This document shows, piece after piece, positions 1-12,346 of a DNA stretch of 64,000 nucleotides (the stretch's first letter is position 1; every line of letters begins with the position of its first letter). The position numbers were made by a program, and so were the translations under genes. The notes below the pieces were generated by a model that saw nothing but the letters and a program-made list of their open reading frames with translations, ran no database searches and had not been told where the DNA came from. The DNA is from Octopus sinensis (lineage: Eukaryota), in the NCBI RefSeq assembly GCF_006345805.1, contig NC_043002.1, positions 98,890,001-98,954,000 on the forward strand. Reading direction: 5' to 3'.

Positions 1-66
1 CCAGGAATCGAAACCAAGATCTTACGATAATGAGTCCTGCACCCCTAATCAGTAAACCACGCGCAT
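1..66 (-). mobile_element. tRNA-derived SINE head, truncated by window edge
   Basis: Reverse complement contains a B-box-like GGTTTCGATTCC; similar to the head at 4380-4610. Confidence 0.55.
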
Positions 67-358
67 CTTAAGACGAAGAAATAATGTCTTAAAAGTTACA
101 GGTGAAATTAAGAAAGTATTTGACATTCAGGCTGAAATTAAAACTTCAAAATATTCAAATAATCTATAGTGATATAGAAGTACTGTTTTATAAGGAAGGG
201 TGGAAACAAAGCAAAAAATAACCCACAAAGTCTTTGAACAGTTGTGATTAGAGATAATGGTAGAGGCCGTAGGTTGCTCTCGTTCGGAGGTCTGGATTTA
301 GCTTGAAATCGGAGTTGTTTATATCTGGGAACGAAAATTAATTTGACGTATTATTATT

Positions 359-571
359 AAGGCGGCGACCTAGCGGAATCATTAGCACGCCAGCGCGAAA
401 TACTTAGCGGTATTTCGTCTGCCGCTATGTTCTGAGTTCAAATTCCACCGAGGTTGACTTTGCCTTTCATCCTTTCTGGGTCGATAAATTAAGTACCAGT
501 TGAGTACTGAGGTCAATGTGATCGATTGTCCCTCTCCCCACAAAATCCAGGCCTTGTGCCTTCAGTAGAAA
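359..571 (+). mobile_element. SINE family A (tRNA head + Nin/Deu-like central domain)
   Basis: GGCGGCGA..AGCGGAATC head, GAGTTCAAATTCC B box and GACTTTGCCTTTCATCCTTTC-GGGTCGATAAATTAAGTACC core; the core recurs more than 12 times in the window. Confidence 0.85.
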
Positions 572-632
572 TGATTATTATTATGATTATTATTATTGTT
601 ATTATTATTATTATTATGATCATCATCATCAT

Positions 633-677
<45 letters not shown>

Positions 678-792
678 TATTATTATTATTATTATTATCA
701 TTATTATTATTATTATTATCATCATCATCATCATCATCATCATCATTATTATTATTATTATCATCATCATCATTATTATATTATCATCATCA

Positions 793-826
<34 letters not shown>

Positions 827-839
827 CATCATTATTATA

Positions 840-872
<33 letters not shown>

Positions 873-881
873 TATATTATT

Positions 882-916
<35 letters not shown>

Positions 917-1029
917 ATCATCATCATCATTATTATTATTATTATCATTATTATTATCATTATTATTATTATCATCATTATTATTATTATTATTATTATC
1001 ATCATCATCATTATTATTATTATTATTAT
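572..1029. repeat. Compound (TAT)n/(CAT)n/(AAT)n microsatellite
   Basis: Direct reading; explains ORFs 513-773, 526-1077 and 872-1069. Confidence 0.97.
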
Positions 1030-1030
1030 G

Positions 1031-1242
1031 AAGGTGGCGAGCTGGCAGAATCGTCGCCGTGCTGGGCAAAATCTTAGCGGCATTTCATCCGTCTTTACGC
1101 TCTGAGTTCAAATTCCGCCAGGATAGACTTTGCTTTTTATCCTTTCGCGTCAATAAAATAAGGACCAGCTGAGCACTGGGAGTCAATGTAATCTAATTAC
1201 CTCTCCTTCGAAATTGCTGGCTTTGTGCCAAAATTTGAAACC
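1031..1242 (+). mobile_element. SINE family A
   Basis: Same head, B box and core as 359-571. Confidence 0.85.
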
Positions 1243-1708
1243 GATATAATTATTATTATTAAATTCATTACTTATTAAAATTATTGAACTATTGTAGTTC
1301 TGTTCTGAAAAGTTAAAATTTTCTGTTGTCCATCAGCTTGCTGCCGCTGGTGGAGTTTTCCCAAAGCAAGTGACTGTGTTTTATTATCTGTCTGTATGTA
1401 TATACGTACACGTACCTACGTACATACACATATACATACATACATGCATAAGAAGCCATTCTAAGGAGAAACTCTCAACAGCATATGAGTCGCACAGTGA
1501 TAACTGTCTGATATAATACTCTCAGTATGTGAATGTAATATCTTTACCACACGTAGTTGTACAGCTATATATTTCCATTGCTAATGTTTAGTGCTTTATG
1601 TAACCGAAATATCGAACTACAGGTTAAAAGAATAACCTTTTGTATTCTATTTTCATTCGTATATTTGTAACTCACAGTATTTTGACATTCTGAATCACTT
1701 TTAAAGAT

Positions 1709-1844
1709 ACATACATGCATACATACATACATACATACATACATACATACATACATACATACATACATACATACATGCGCACACACACATACATATACAT
1801 ATATGCACGCACATATACACTATGGATGCATATATACATACACA

Positions 1845-1905
<61 letters not shown>
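1709..1905. repeat. (TACA)n + (TA)n microsatellite
   Basis: Direct reading. Confidence 0.95.
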
Positions 1906-1908
<3 letters not shown>

Positions 1909-3310
1909 CTGATATGTTCTTCAAAGTATCTCCCGATACCATCCACAAAACTCTGAGTCTCGATAAAAAATCAAAGATCTAATCGTGTAAATGAGATGAA
2001 AAACATTTCACCGATTAAAGGAACTCCTATCCTTCTAAGCAAAATCCATTTCACTTCAGATATTGTAAATACATCTCCCACAGAGCAGAGTTCTGTTGCC
2101 TTTTAACATGATGAAAAGAGAGTAAGTTTTAAAAAGCAGCCAATAATTTTGAAAAGTCTTCTATAAAGATTTAACAAAATTAAAAGAAAACAATCCAGAT
2201 ACAACGAGGCACTTCAAAGTCATGAATATGCGCAAAACTAATGTCCGTAAACACCAAAGATATTGATATCACTAATGCGTATATGAAAACTAATACTATA
2301 ATATAGTCTCAGATAGTAGATATTTTGTAGTTGCAGGACCATACAGTACATTTCAAAAATCCTAACGATAATGCAGATTAATATAACCTGCCAATTGTGG
2401 AGAACACAATTATTTTAAATTTCACGAGTGTTGATAATAAACAAAATTAGCCCTTTTTCTGTTATGAAATAATGGTGTACATGTCATTAAGTGGTATCAG
2501 AAATATATATTATAAGCATAATTTTCAATGTACGCAGTTGACTCATTAGATTTCTTTCCGTATCTTACCAATCCTTTCTTCAGTAAGTTTGAGAATTTGA
2601 TAGAGAAGGTATTCTAATTTATGATACACAGATTAATGTCTCTATCGCACGCTTGGAAATCCCCGATGTCTTATGATAATTAGTTTTGCGTTATAGTTCA
2701 GTTATTGTCTGATGCAACCACGAGATAATACGTTGGAGTTGAGGTTCTGAATTAATAAATTTGTACACCTCAGGTGATTATTGATAAGATTCCGTTCGAC
2801 GCACTTGTAGAAATGATGGGATATTCATCTTGCGAAATAGATGTGGTTATATAATGGGTGCTTTTAGAGAGAGAAATTCAAAATATTTAAAGATATTCAA
2901 TTAAAGATCATAACTGATACGATACTTCGATACAACTTTAGATTTAAGCAATGGTAAATACTGACCTTATAGTAAACCTAATGAGATTATATAACTTCCA
3001 ATCTCATCAATAATTCTTGTAAATCTTAATTAACAACATTAGTAAGTGAAAATCCAGTTTATCCTTTTACCAGGAATACTTTATCTTTGCTGCTCATTAT
3101 TACAGTTGCATTGAAAAGCAGTGGCTTCGCTTCATAGATAATGTTACACAAAAAAACTAATACAATTGTTCACAAACATAAAGTAGAAATCTATAGTGTA
3201 TATCGCACAATTCTAGTTATTGTTTAAATATTCATTGAAATATTCGTTATCTTAAATCATACAAATAAGCATAACCATAAGTATCACAAATTGTCCAGTA
3301 GTAGTTTAAT

Positions 3311-3503
3311 AAGGTGGTGAGCTGGCAGCAAATGCTTGGTGGCATTTCGTCCGTCTTTAAGTTCTGAGTTCAATTCCACCAAGATTGACTTTGTCTTTCA
3401 TCCGTTCGGGGTCGATAAAATAATTATCATTTGAGTACAGGGGTCGGTGTAATTTAGTAGTTCTCTGACCCGAAATTTATGACCTTGTGCCAAAATTTGA
3501 AAC
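3311..3503 (+). mobile_element. SINE family A
   Basis: Head AAGGTGGTGAGCTGGCAG and core GACTTTGTCTTTCATCCGTTCGGGGTCGATAAAATAA. Confidence 0.8.
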
Positions 3504-3659
3504 TTATAATAGCATAAAGCGAACTACAGTTGCATCAAATCCTTTGCTGTTTCCATGCTTCCAGGTACAAGAGAATCTCTTCCTCTCAATGTAATTTAAA
3601 CAAGTATATTTTCTACACACAAAGGCATGTTTATACTTAAAGCAGCATTTGTTCGAGTT

Positions 3660-3900
3660 CTCTTTCTAGAAGATAACAGTGAGACCAAAAATACTGTATT
3701 GGGATGATTGAAAACTAACCATTCTGCTAACATTTGAAGACAAGCAATGAAAAATACGTCTTACTACTTCACTCTCTAAATACATTTGGAACTTAAAGGA
3801 TGGCAATATCAACTATAAGAGGATTAGCTGATCCGTTTTAGAGCATAAGGTGCAATTTCTGCATCTTGCGGACGTATATTACAGTGGCATTCAATTTAGA
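3660..3900 (+). pseudogene. Decayed Penelope-like GIY-YIG endonuclease C-terminal fragment
   Basis: Hand translation gives TTSLSKYIWNLKDGNINYK, resembling the LSKYIWxLK segment of Penelope-like endonucleases; stops and frameshifts present. Confidence 0.6.
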
Positions 3901-4379
3901 ATAAAATACCGGAATTGGAAACTTTTGCAGATATTTACATATAAAAGGCTAACACATTTTATTTCATACATACTGGATTTGTTATAACCATGCAAGACAG
4001 CCATATATTTAAAAGCATCACTGAGTTTTTCATGAATACTAACATTTAAATATGACTCATGCAAACCGTTTAATAATGTTTAAAAAAAATTACTAAAGAT
4101 GTACATATCTTAAGTGAGACGAAAACGCATTTTCGTATGGAAATGGATTTACTTATACAGGCTTTATACTTAGAGAGAAATAGGTTTATATGGCACACGT
4201 TTTCCAATGTTTTCAATGTGGACAACGAAATCTCTATGTACTTTTGACTTTTGAATTTTGATACGTTTGCAAATATGTTTGTTTGTATGCTGTCATGTGG
4301 CTCATGCAAAAAAGGTGCAAAACACGGCGACTTATTTAGACTCAGGTCTGTTATGTGACCTAAGGCTCATAATGTCTGA

Positions 4380-4610
4380 GCTTAATAATGTTTCTACAGC
4401 ATATAAGTGACATATTACAACGCTCTCGACCATGAACGGGACACCAATTCTTCACATCTATTGCTGCAAATAATTTACTGCTGAGTGGACAGGAAAAACG
4501 TGAAATTAAGTGCTTTGCACAATAACATAAGACACCACACTCGGTCCGGGAATCAAAATCATAATGGTAAGATCGTGAGTGAAACACTGTAACAGCTATG
4601 TCCTGTGTCA
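4380..4610 (-). mobile_element. Diverged tRNA-derived SINE
   Basis: Reverse complement has a tRNA-like head followed by TTGTG-AAAGCACTTAATTTCAC, resembling CORE/Meta-type central domains. Confidence 0.5.
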
Positions 4611-4751
4611 CCTTCACAAACATAAAGAAGTTACCCCAAGAATTACCAAAATTATTATGATAAACAAAATTTCAGTTTATTTATCTGCAATATTTTATCG
4701 GGTAAAAGGCACGCATTAGATAGTCAGTGCTATAAATATATAAGTTGATTA

Positions 4752-5200
4752 GGCGCAGGAGTGGCTATGTGGTAAGTAGCTTGCTTACTATTCACATGGT
4801 TCCAGGTTGGTGGTGATCCCTGCTCTACTCTTTCACCACTCTTTCTCTCAATCTTTCTTCTGTTGGCCTGCTCGCTTAGCCAGCGGGTGGCGTCATTCGA
4901 AGGCTAAAACAATGCGATGTGTAGCAACATCTGATGGTCTGGTCGGTCACGTGACGTGATATGTATATATGTATGTATGCATGTGTATATGTTTGTATGT
5001 CTGTGTTTGTCCCCAACATCGCTTGACAACCGATGCTGGTGTGTTTAAATCCTCGTAACTTAGCGGTTCGGCAAAAGAAACCGATAGAATAAGTACTAGG
5101 CTTACAAAGAATAAGTCCTGGGGTCGATTTGCTCGACTAAAGGCGGTGCTCCAGCATGGTCGCAGTCAACTGACCGAAACAAGTAAAAGAATAAAAGAAA
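4752..5200 (+). mobile_element. Chimeric SINE: family B head and tail with a family C segment inside
   Basis: GGCGCAGGAGTGGCTATGTGGTAAG head, then GGTGGTGATCCCTGCTCTACTCTTTCACCAC (as in family C at 52620), then the family B tail. Confidence 0.75.
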
Positions 5201-6203
5201 GAATATACCATACATAGAAAATCTGGCATATTTACCACCATTTTTCTGGTGGACATCTATATATTTCCGTGATTATTTACTTCATCAGCCACTGTTGAAC
5301 TAAAGATAGTTACTCATTTAGCTCACAATGTGTTGCACATACAAACGCTTACGTACAAATTCTCACCAATACATCTTATTGTAGAGATTAACAAAACAAA
5401 CTAACAGGTAGAAACAGCGTAGCCGAAGAAAAATTGCTTTCAGTCACACATATCGAACCTACAAGCCAAAAAGCAAGTATCTACGCCGTTTTACTCTACT
5501 AAAAATAATATCCCAAATCTTCCACCAATCAGATTCAATCGCTTTAAAAACACAAAGATGGTCTCATTAGGTAAAAATCTTCTCAGATATGCCGACTAAG
5601 TCGGGATGGCTACAGCTGGAATGTCTTTGCTTTTAGGCTCTCTCGTGATTTTAGTCTCAACAACAAGATGCCAATAACAACATACTAATGGATAAAGAAG
5701 TTATAATATGGGCGTCATAACATACAATCATAAAAAATGGCAAAACAAAATTCGCTGATGAAGTTCTAGATGGAAAAACAATTGTTCAGATGACAATAGG
5801 TCTCCTTGCTGAGATCTAAACTTGGGGACTGAACAATAACATACAAACAGTCACGTTTAAGCAGAAGCAAGCTTAGACTTACTTAGGCCTAAGAAGCCTA
5901 ATTATATCCCAATATAATACACAGATTAACGTGGTGTACAATGAATGAATACGTAAACAGAAAACGGGGATCTATTTGGGCGAAGCATATTTAGAAGCAA
6001 TTATATCTTTCGTCAGAGGTAGAAGAAAACATTTGTAATAAAACAGCTTAGAAGATATAATTTTCTAATACTTGTGTATTTGGTTGTGAAGTCCTGTTGA
6101 TTAGCGTATCACTGATGTCTTTGCCTCGAAGCTAATCTCTGTGTTATCGGCGTCATTGCTATTTCATTGGTCATTAGTACGGCCGGTCAGTGCAATAAAT
6201 AAA

Positions 6204-7005
<802 letters not shown>

Positions 7006-7496
7006 TCACATAAACATGCTTGTTTATTCAGATGATGTCACTTAGAACATTGGATGTATTTCTTTCGAATTTTGAAAGCACCGATATTTAACGATATTGT
7101 TGATAAGGGCTACGAAGGTTTAACAGCAATGATGTCAGGACTGGTGAGACAAAAACTGGCGAAACTCCCAAGTCACGATCATCAAAACTATTATTATCTG
7201 ATACAGCATTTGTAGTGAACCTATTTATCAGTTAATGCTCACACTTGCTTTACGCATAAAATCATCCTTAACGGTATATACACGTGAATTGCAAACATGC
7301 ACTCTCATACGCTTACTTATATATATATACAGACATAGATACTTCGACATACGTATGAACCTTCTCTCTCACACACATATATATGTAAATATTTACATAA
7401 GTGTCATGTTTGAATATATGCAAAACAGGCTTTGTCATACTAAAGTGAGGCCCAGTCAGTGACGCATATGCACACATATGTGCAGATATATACACA

Positions 7497-7497
<1 letters not shown>

Positions 7498-7531
<34 letters not shown>

Positions 7532-7548
7532 ATATTATATATAATATA

Positions 7549-7622
<74 letters not shown>

Positions 7623-7860
7623 GGGTAGATATATGGAGACACAGAGAGAGAGTGAAAGAGAAAGAGTGAGAGACAGATACACATGCATCCACAACACATA
7701 TGTATGTGTGTATTTATCTCTGTATGTGCGAAAAGTGGGTCTTAGTAACAAAAGTTGTTCCCTCTCTTCACCGCTGTCCTCCCCTCTCTCTGTATATATA
7801 TGTGTGTGTTTGTGTGTGTATATATATATATATAGAGAGAGATATATATATATATGTATG
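7498..7860. repeat. (TA)n, (AGAT)n, (GA)n, (GT)n microsatellites
   Basis: Direct reading. Confidence 0.92.
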
Positions 7861-7866
7861 TATGTA

Positions 7867-8055
7867 TTAGGCCATCCCATAAATAATGCAATTTTTTTCA
7901 ATTGAACTAAAAGCTGGAGGGGAACTGGTTAAACTACTTGAATCAATTTGCTATAAAACAGGTACAAATTTTGCCTTGTACTTATTCTTAGTGCAAGTTT
8001 TGAAGAGTGCAGTTCGATTTTAATAGTTATTTTTTCAAAGCTATAACGGAAGTGA
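7867..8055 (+). mobile_element. Left-end fragment of the mariner family seen at 19290-20188
   Basis: TA-TTAGGCCATCCCATAAATAATGC TIR and shared TAGTGCAAGTTTTG-AGAGTGCAGTTCGATTTTAATAGTTATTTTTTCAAAGCTATAA. Confidence 0.8.
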
Positions 8056-8317
8056 CAGAAAGTTTATATCTCTCTTCAAGAACATTAATAACTTGTAAGA
8101 GGTAAGAGGTTAATAGGGAAAGGTATCAAAATAAGAAAGCAAAATAATGAGAAATTATAGAAAATAATAAGAAAATATATATAACTTATTTTATATAATA
8201 CTGGGGGTAAGTTCACATCACATATAACACTAAAAATTAATCTCCCCTATTCAGATTGAATACACACACACACACAAACAAACACATATACTATATGCAT
8301 ATACATATAAGCTCATG

Positions 8318-8319
8318 CA

Positions 8320-8408
<89 letters not shown>

Positions 8409-8445
8409 GTCTATCTGTCTATCTATCTATCTATCTGTCTATCTG

Positions 8446-8480
<35 letters not shown>

Positions 8481-8481
8481 G

Positions 8482-8551
<70 letters not shown>

Positions 8552-8552
8552 A
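8318..8552. repeat. (TCTA)n microsatellite
   Basis: Direct reading. Confidence 0.96.
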
Positions 8553-9619
8553 GTCTATATATATATATTTCCATGTACGTATGTGCTTACATGAATGTTG
8601 ACGTATACCCATTTATGTATATGTGCTTATATGTACGTATGTATGTATGTATGTATCTATCTATCTATATCCATTTTACATATACATACACGTACATACA
8701 CACGTGTGTGTTTACGGGTGTGCGTCTGTGCTTGTCTCTATGTGACTTTCTGATTGTATGTGTATGTTGCAATACATTTTATTAGAATGTTTGTCTCAGC
8801 TTGTCCAGATTTATATGATTCAATTAGTGATATTATTATCAAAAGTAAAGATTCATTTATGTTGCCGGATAAGTTACACAAACATGATTATTTCTCAACA
8901 GAACAATTTGTGCGAGTGACACATTATAAAAAAAAAAGAAAAATATCTACCGAAGGGCAACAGCACTACTCACTCTGTTCGCGATCACCTGTAGCACATC
9001 AATCCTAATAACAATTGCCATTATAGAAATAGCAAGAACAAATCTAGAAACTACAACAAAACAAAATACGAAAAAAAAATGTTAAAGAAATATAAAAAAA
9101 GAACTGTTCAGAGAACTTCTGTGGTAAACAACTGTTTCCTGTATTAAAACGTTAATTAAGTTCTTTTATTTATCTGACTGAAATATTGATAATATATATG
9201 TATATGTTTAATGTTCTGAAGATTTGTCGAGGACCGGTACTTAACTCGTAATAATTGAAAGAATATGAGACATACATCTTTCATTTAATAACGATGCCTG
9301 TCAAGCTCAGACAGGAAGGTATAAACACATATAAACTTAGGTGCATATTCATATTAACATATTTATATGAATTCACATACACACACATTGTCTACGTATA
9401 TATATAATATATATATATATTATATATAATATATATATATATAATAATAAATATTAGGGAATAAATCCAAATTTACAGGGAAAAAATCAGATTTAGGATT
9501 AAATCGATTTTATAGTAAAATATTATAAAATATTATTCGAGACAAAACCACTATTTTGCAAAACAAACAAGGAAAGACTTAATCAATACATAAAATTTTA
9601 ATAAATAGTCAAAAAACCG

Positions 9620-9662
9620 CCACTACAATCGTTTCTTGTCTTGATCGACAATCTTCAGGTGG
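9620..9662 (-). ncRNA. Type I hammerhead ribozyme (mirror copy)
   Basis: Exact reverse complement of 9704-9746. Confidence 0.75.
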
Positions 9663-9703
9663 ACTTCCAATAATTCAGTGTCAAATTATGAATTATTGGA
9701 AGT

Positions 9704-9746
9704 CCACCTGAAGATTGTCGATCAAGACAAGAAACGATTGTAGTGG
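9704..9746 (+). ncRNA. Minimal type I hammerhead ribozyme
   Basis: CCAC-CUGAAGA-UUGUC(gaucaa)GACAA-GAAA-CGAUUG-UA-GUGG: canonical core, helix I CCAC/GUGG, 5 bp helix II, near-palindromic helix III, GUA cleavage triplet. Confidence 0.75.
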
Positions 9747-9833
9747 CGGTTTTTTTGACTATTTATTAAAATTTTATGTATTGATTAAGTCTTTCCTTGT
9801 TTGTTTTGCAAAATAGTGGTTTTGTCTCGAATA

Positions 9834-9915
<82 letters not shown>

Positions 9916-9976
9916 CATACATACATACATACATACACACACACGCATATATATATTATATATATATATTTATATA

Positions 9977-10398
9977 GGCGCAGGAGTGTGCTGGTGGTAA
10001 GTAGCGTGTTTACCAACCACATGGTTCCGGGTTCAGTCCCACTGCGTGGCACCTTGGGCAACTGTCTTCTACTATAGCCTCGGGCCGACCAAAGCCTTGT
10101 GAGTGGATTTGGTAGACGGAAACTGAAAGAAGTCAGTCGTATATGTATATATATATATATATATATATGCGTGTGTGTGTTTGTGTGTCTGTGTTTGTCC
10201 CCCTAGCATTGCTTGCCAACCGATGCTGGTGTGTTTACGTCCCCGTCACTTAGCGGTTCGGCAAAAGAGACCGATAGAATAAGTACTGGGCTTACAAAAA
10301 GAATAAGTCCCGGGGTCGATTTGCTCGATTAAGGCGGTGGTGCTCCAGCATAGCCGCAGTCAATGACTGAAACAAGTAAAAGAAAAAAGAATAAAGAA
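9977..10398 (+). mobile_element. SINE family B (tRNA head, CORE-like GGCACCTTGGGCAA segment, internal microsatellite, 3' tail module)
   Basis: Collinear with copies at 18022, 22614, 46529 and 52905. Confidence 0.88.
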
Positions 10399-10427
10399 TA
10401 TATATATATATATATAATATATATATT

Positions 10428-10459
<32 letters not shown>

Positions 10460-10477
10460 ATATATATATATATTTAT

Positions 10478-10990
10478 AAGTAGTAAGTCTATGTCCGGTC
10501 ATAAAGTGACCAATGGTTTCGCATCCAACAAATGGCTTATCCCCATGAACGCCTCGTCAGACTCTAAAGTCGAAGACAAATGTAACTCTTCACCTTTGGG
10601 AGGCAGGAATCCGATGTGGTCATTCGGTCAGAAATCCCCCCAAAATAAATAGTAAGGAGTCAAAGAAAACGAGTATTCTCCCTTCGACCAAAAGAGGGGC
10701 AGTGGGGGATATTTTTATGAAAAAGATGCAGTTAGAATAGGAGACCAATTTGCAGGTTCAACTGTTCAAAAATGAATCCATGAAATAACGCTCGTAGTGA
10801 AGACAAAGTAACTTTTAATCTAGTTTATCATTAAGTCTTGATTCCAGCGGAATTCATGCAGTTGCAGCAGTCAGGTGAGTCCTCTGGTTTAGTAAAACCT
10901 TGTTTTCTTACCACCACAATTTTGTAGACCTCGAAAAAGTCAATGGACATTGGTGCTGCTCTTCCTTCCTAGAATAGGCAGTAAAAATAT
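10478..10990 (-). mobile_element. Penelope-like 3' remnant (degenerate endonuclease C-terminus and terminal region with hammerhead)
   Basis: Frame SIDFFEVYKIVVVRKQGF..CMNSAG loosely resembles GIY-YIG C-termini; intact hammerhead downstream; ends at (TA)n. Confidence 0.5.
10502..10566 (-). ncRNA. Type I hammerhead ribozyme, canonical core, GUC site
   Basis: UAGAGU-CUGACGA-G-GCGUUCA..UGGAUGC-GAAA-CCAUUG-GUC-ACUUUA; helix I 6 bp (one G-U), helix II 7 bp with wobbles, helix III ACC/GGU; cut predicted between 10508 and 10507. Confidence 0.8.
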
Positions 10991-11100
10991 TTATTTTGGT
11001 CAAAAGAAGTAGTGCTCTAAATTTAAATCCAATCACTGCTCTAAATTTAAATAGATAGACCTGAATAAAAGATGGAATACAGTAGAGAAAGAGTCAGATA

Positions 11101-12346
11101 CGAGGGGCGTTCAATAAGTAATGCCCCTGACCCACTTGCAGCTGTTTGATCTAGCTGAAATTTTGCATGTGCACTTATCGATACCTCTATAGATTAAGTG
11201 GCGAATTAGAGCTCTGAACTAATTGTGGTTTCTGATTTACAGGTGTTTGAACTGAGTCAAGTGTGAAATGGAGCCTGTTGAGTGTCGAGCAGTGATCCGG
11301 TTTTTGTATTTGAAAGGACGCACACCACGGGAGACTTTTGATGAAATGAAAGTAACTTATGGTGATGATGCCCCATCATATGACCTTGTAAAACGCTGGC
11401 ATTGTGAATTCAAACATAGTCGGAACTCTGTGGAAACAGCTCCCCGATCTGGTCGCCCCCTTCTGCCGTTGATGAGACGTCTGTCCGTCAAGTTGAGGCT
11501 GCCATTTTGGAAGGTCAATGCATAACTATTCGCCAAATAGCCCATAAGGTCAAGATTAGTACCGGGTCTGTGGAAACTATCATTCATGACCATTTGCATA
11601 TGCAAAAGGTGTCTGCCAGATGGATTTCCTGGTTGCTCACACCTTTCCAGAAGCAAGAACGCGTTGAGTGTTCGAGGATGAATTTGGAGTTGTGCCAAGA
11701 AGATGAGTCAAAATTTTTCAAAAGACTGATCACACAGGATAAAACCTGGGTCCATCACTATGATCCATAGACCAAAGCCCAGTCAATGCAGTGAAAGCAC
11801 CGTGACTCACCTCCTCCAAAGAAGGCAATGGTGCAGCCCTCCGCTGACAAGGTTATGCTCACAGTCTTCTGGGACCAGGACGGAGTAGTGATGACAGATT
11901 TTCTGGCAAAGGGTACCACAATTACAGGCGCCTATTATGCTTCACTTTTGAGGAAATTAAGAGAAGCTATCAAAATCAAGAGGCGGGGCAAGATCAGCAA
12001 AGGCATCCTCCTCCTGCAGGACAACGCTCCGGTCCACAACTCGCGTGTCGCCAGATCAGAAGCACAGGCGTGCAGCTATGAACTCCTCCCCTTGCACCCT
12101 CTGATTTTCACCTCTTCCCAGCCATGAAGTTGATTTTGAAAGGAAAGCGTTTCCCAGATGATGCAGCCTTGATTTCTGAAGCTGGGGTCTTCTACGAAAA
12201 CGGTCTCCAGAGCTGTATCAAACGATGGGAGAAATGCATAACTCTGGGTAGTTCCTATGTAGGAAAAGACTAATAACTGTGCCAAGTGTCGTTGCTGTAC
12301 TGCTATGGGAAGTGGGTCAGGGGCATTACTTATTGAACGCCCCTCG
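11101..12346 (+). mobile_element. Full-length mariner (Tc1/mariner) transposon, defective
   Basis: Perfect 37 bp TIRs (CGAGGGGCGTTCAATAAGTAATGCCCCTGACCCACTT; 11101-11137 and 12310-12346), TA on both sides, 1246 bp. Confidence 0.96.
11268..12272 (+). pseudogene. Mariner transposase pseudogene (frameshifts, stops, deletion of the HPPYSPD region)
   Basis: ORF pieces 11268-11525 (HTH, RSGRP), 11507-11770 (ITQDKTWVHHYDP), 11828-12127 (LLQDNAPVH), then LAPSDFHLFP in another frame. Confidence 0.93.

Larger units (their letters stand above)
9524..9843. repeat. Near-perfect inverted repeat (154/155 bp arms, 11 nt spacer), probably a Penelope-like terminal fold-back
   Basis: 9524-9677 is the reverse complement of 9689-9843 except one extra T in a homopolymer; flanked by (TA)n. 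Confidence 0.95.

Noticed and set aside
526-1077. 183 aa ORF, and the many YI/CV/HT/IYLS-rich ORFs throughout
   Set aside because: Microsatellite translations.
10491-10740. Protein-like plus-strand frame MSGHKVTNGF.. broken at a C6 run
   Set aside because: Antisense to the hammerhead-bearing element; no splice or homology support.
10848-10874. 27 nt plus-strand microexon candidate with AG/GTGAGT donor
   Set aside because: Antisense within the same retroelement remnant; too short to support.
10912-10968. 57 nt minus-strand exon-like segment EGRAAPMSIDFFEVYKIVV with good splice sites
   Set aside because: The frame continues past the donor and resembles a Penelope-like endonuclease C-terminus upstream of a hammerhead. 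Better explained as a transposon remnant, although exonisation is not excluded.
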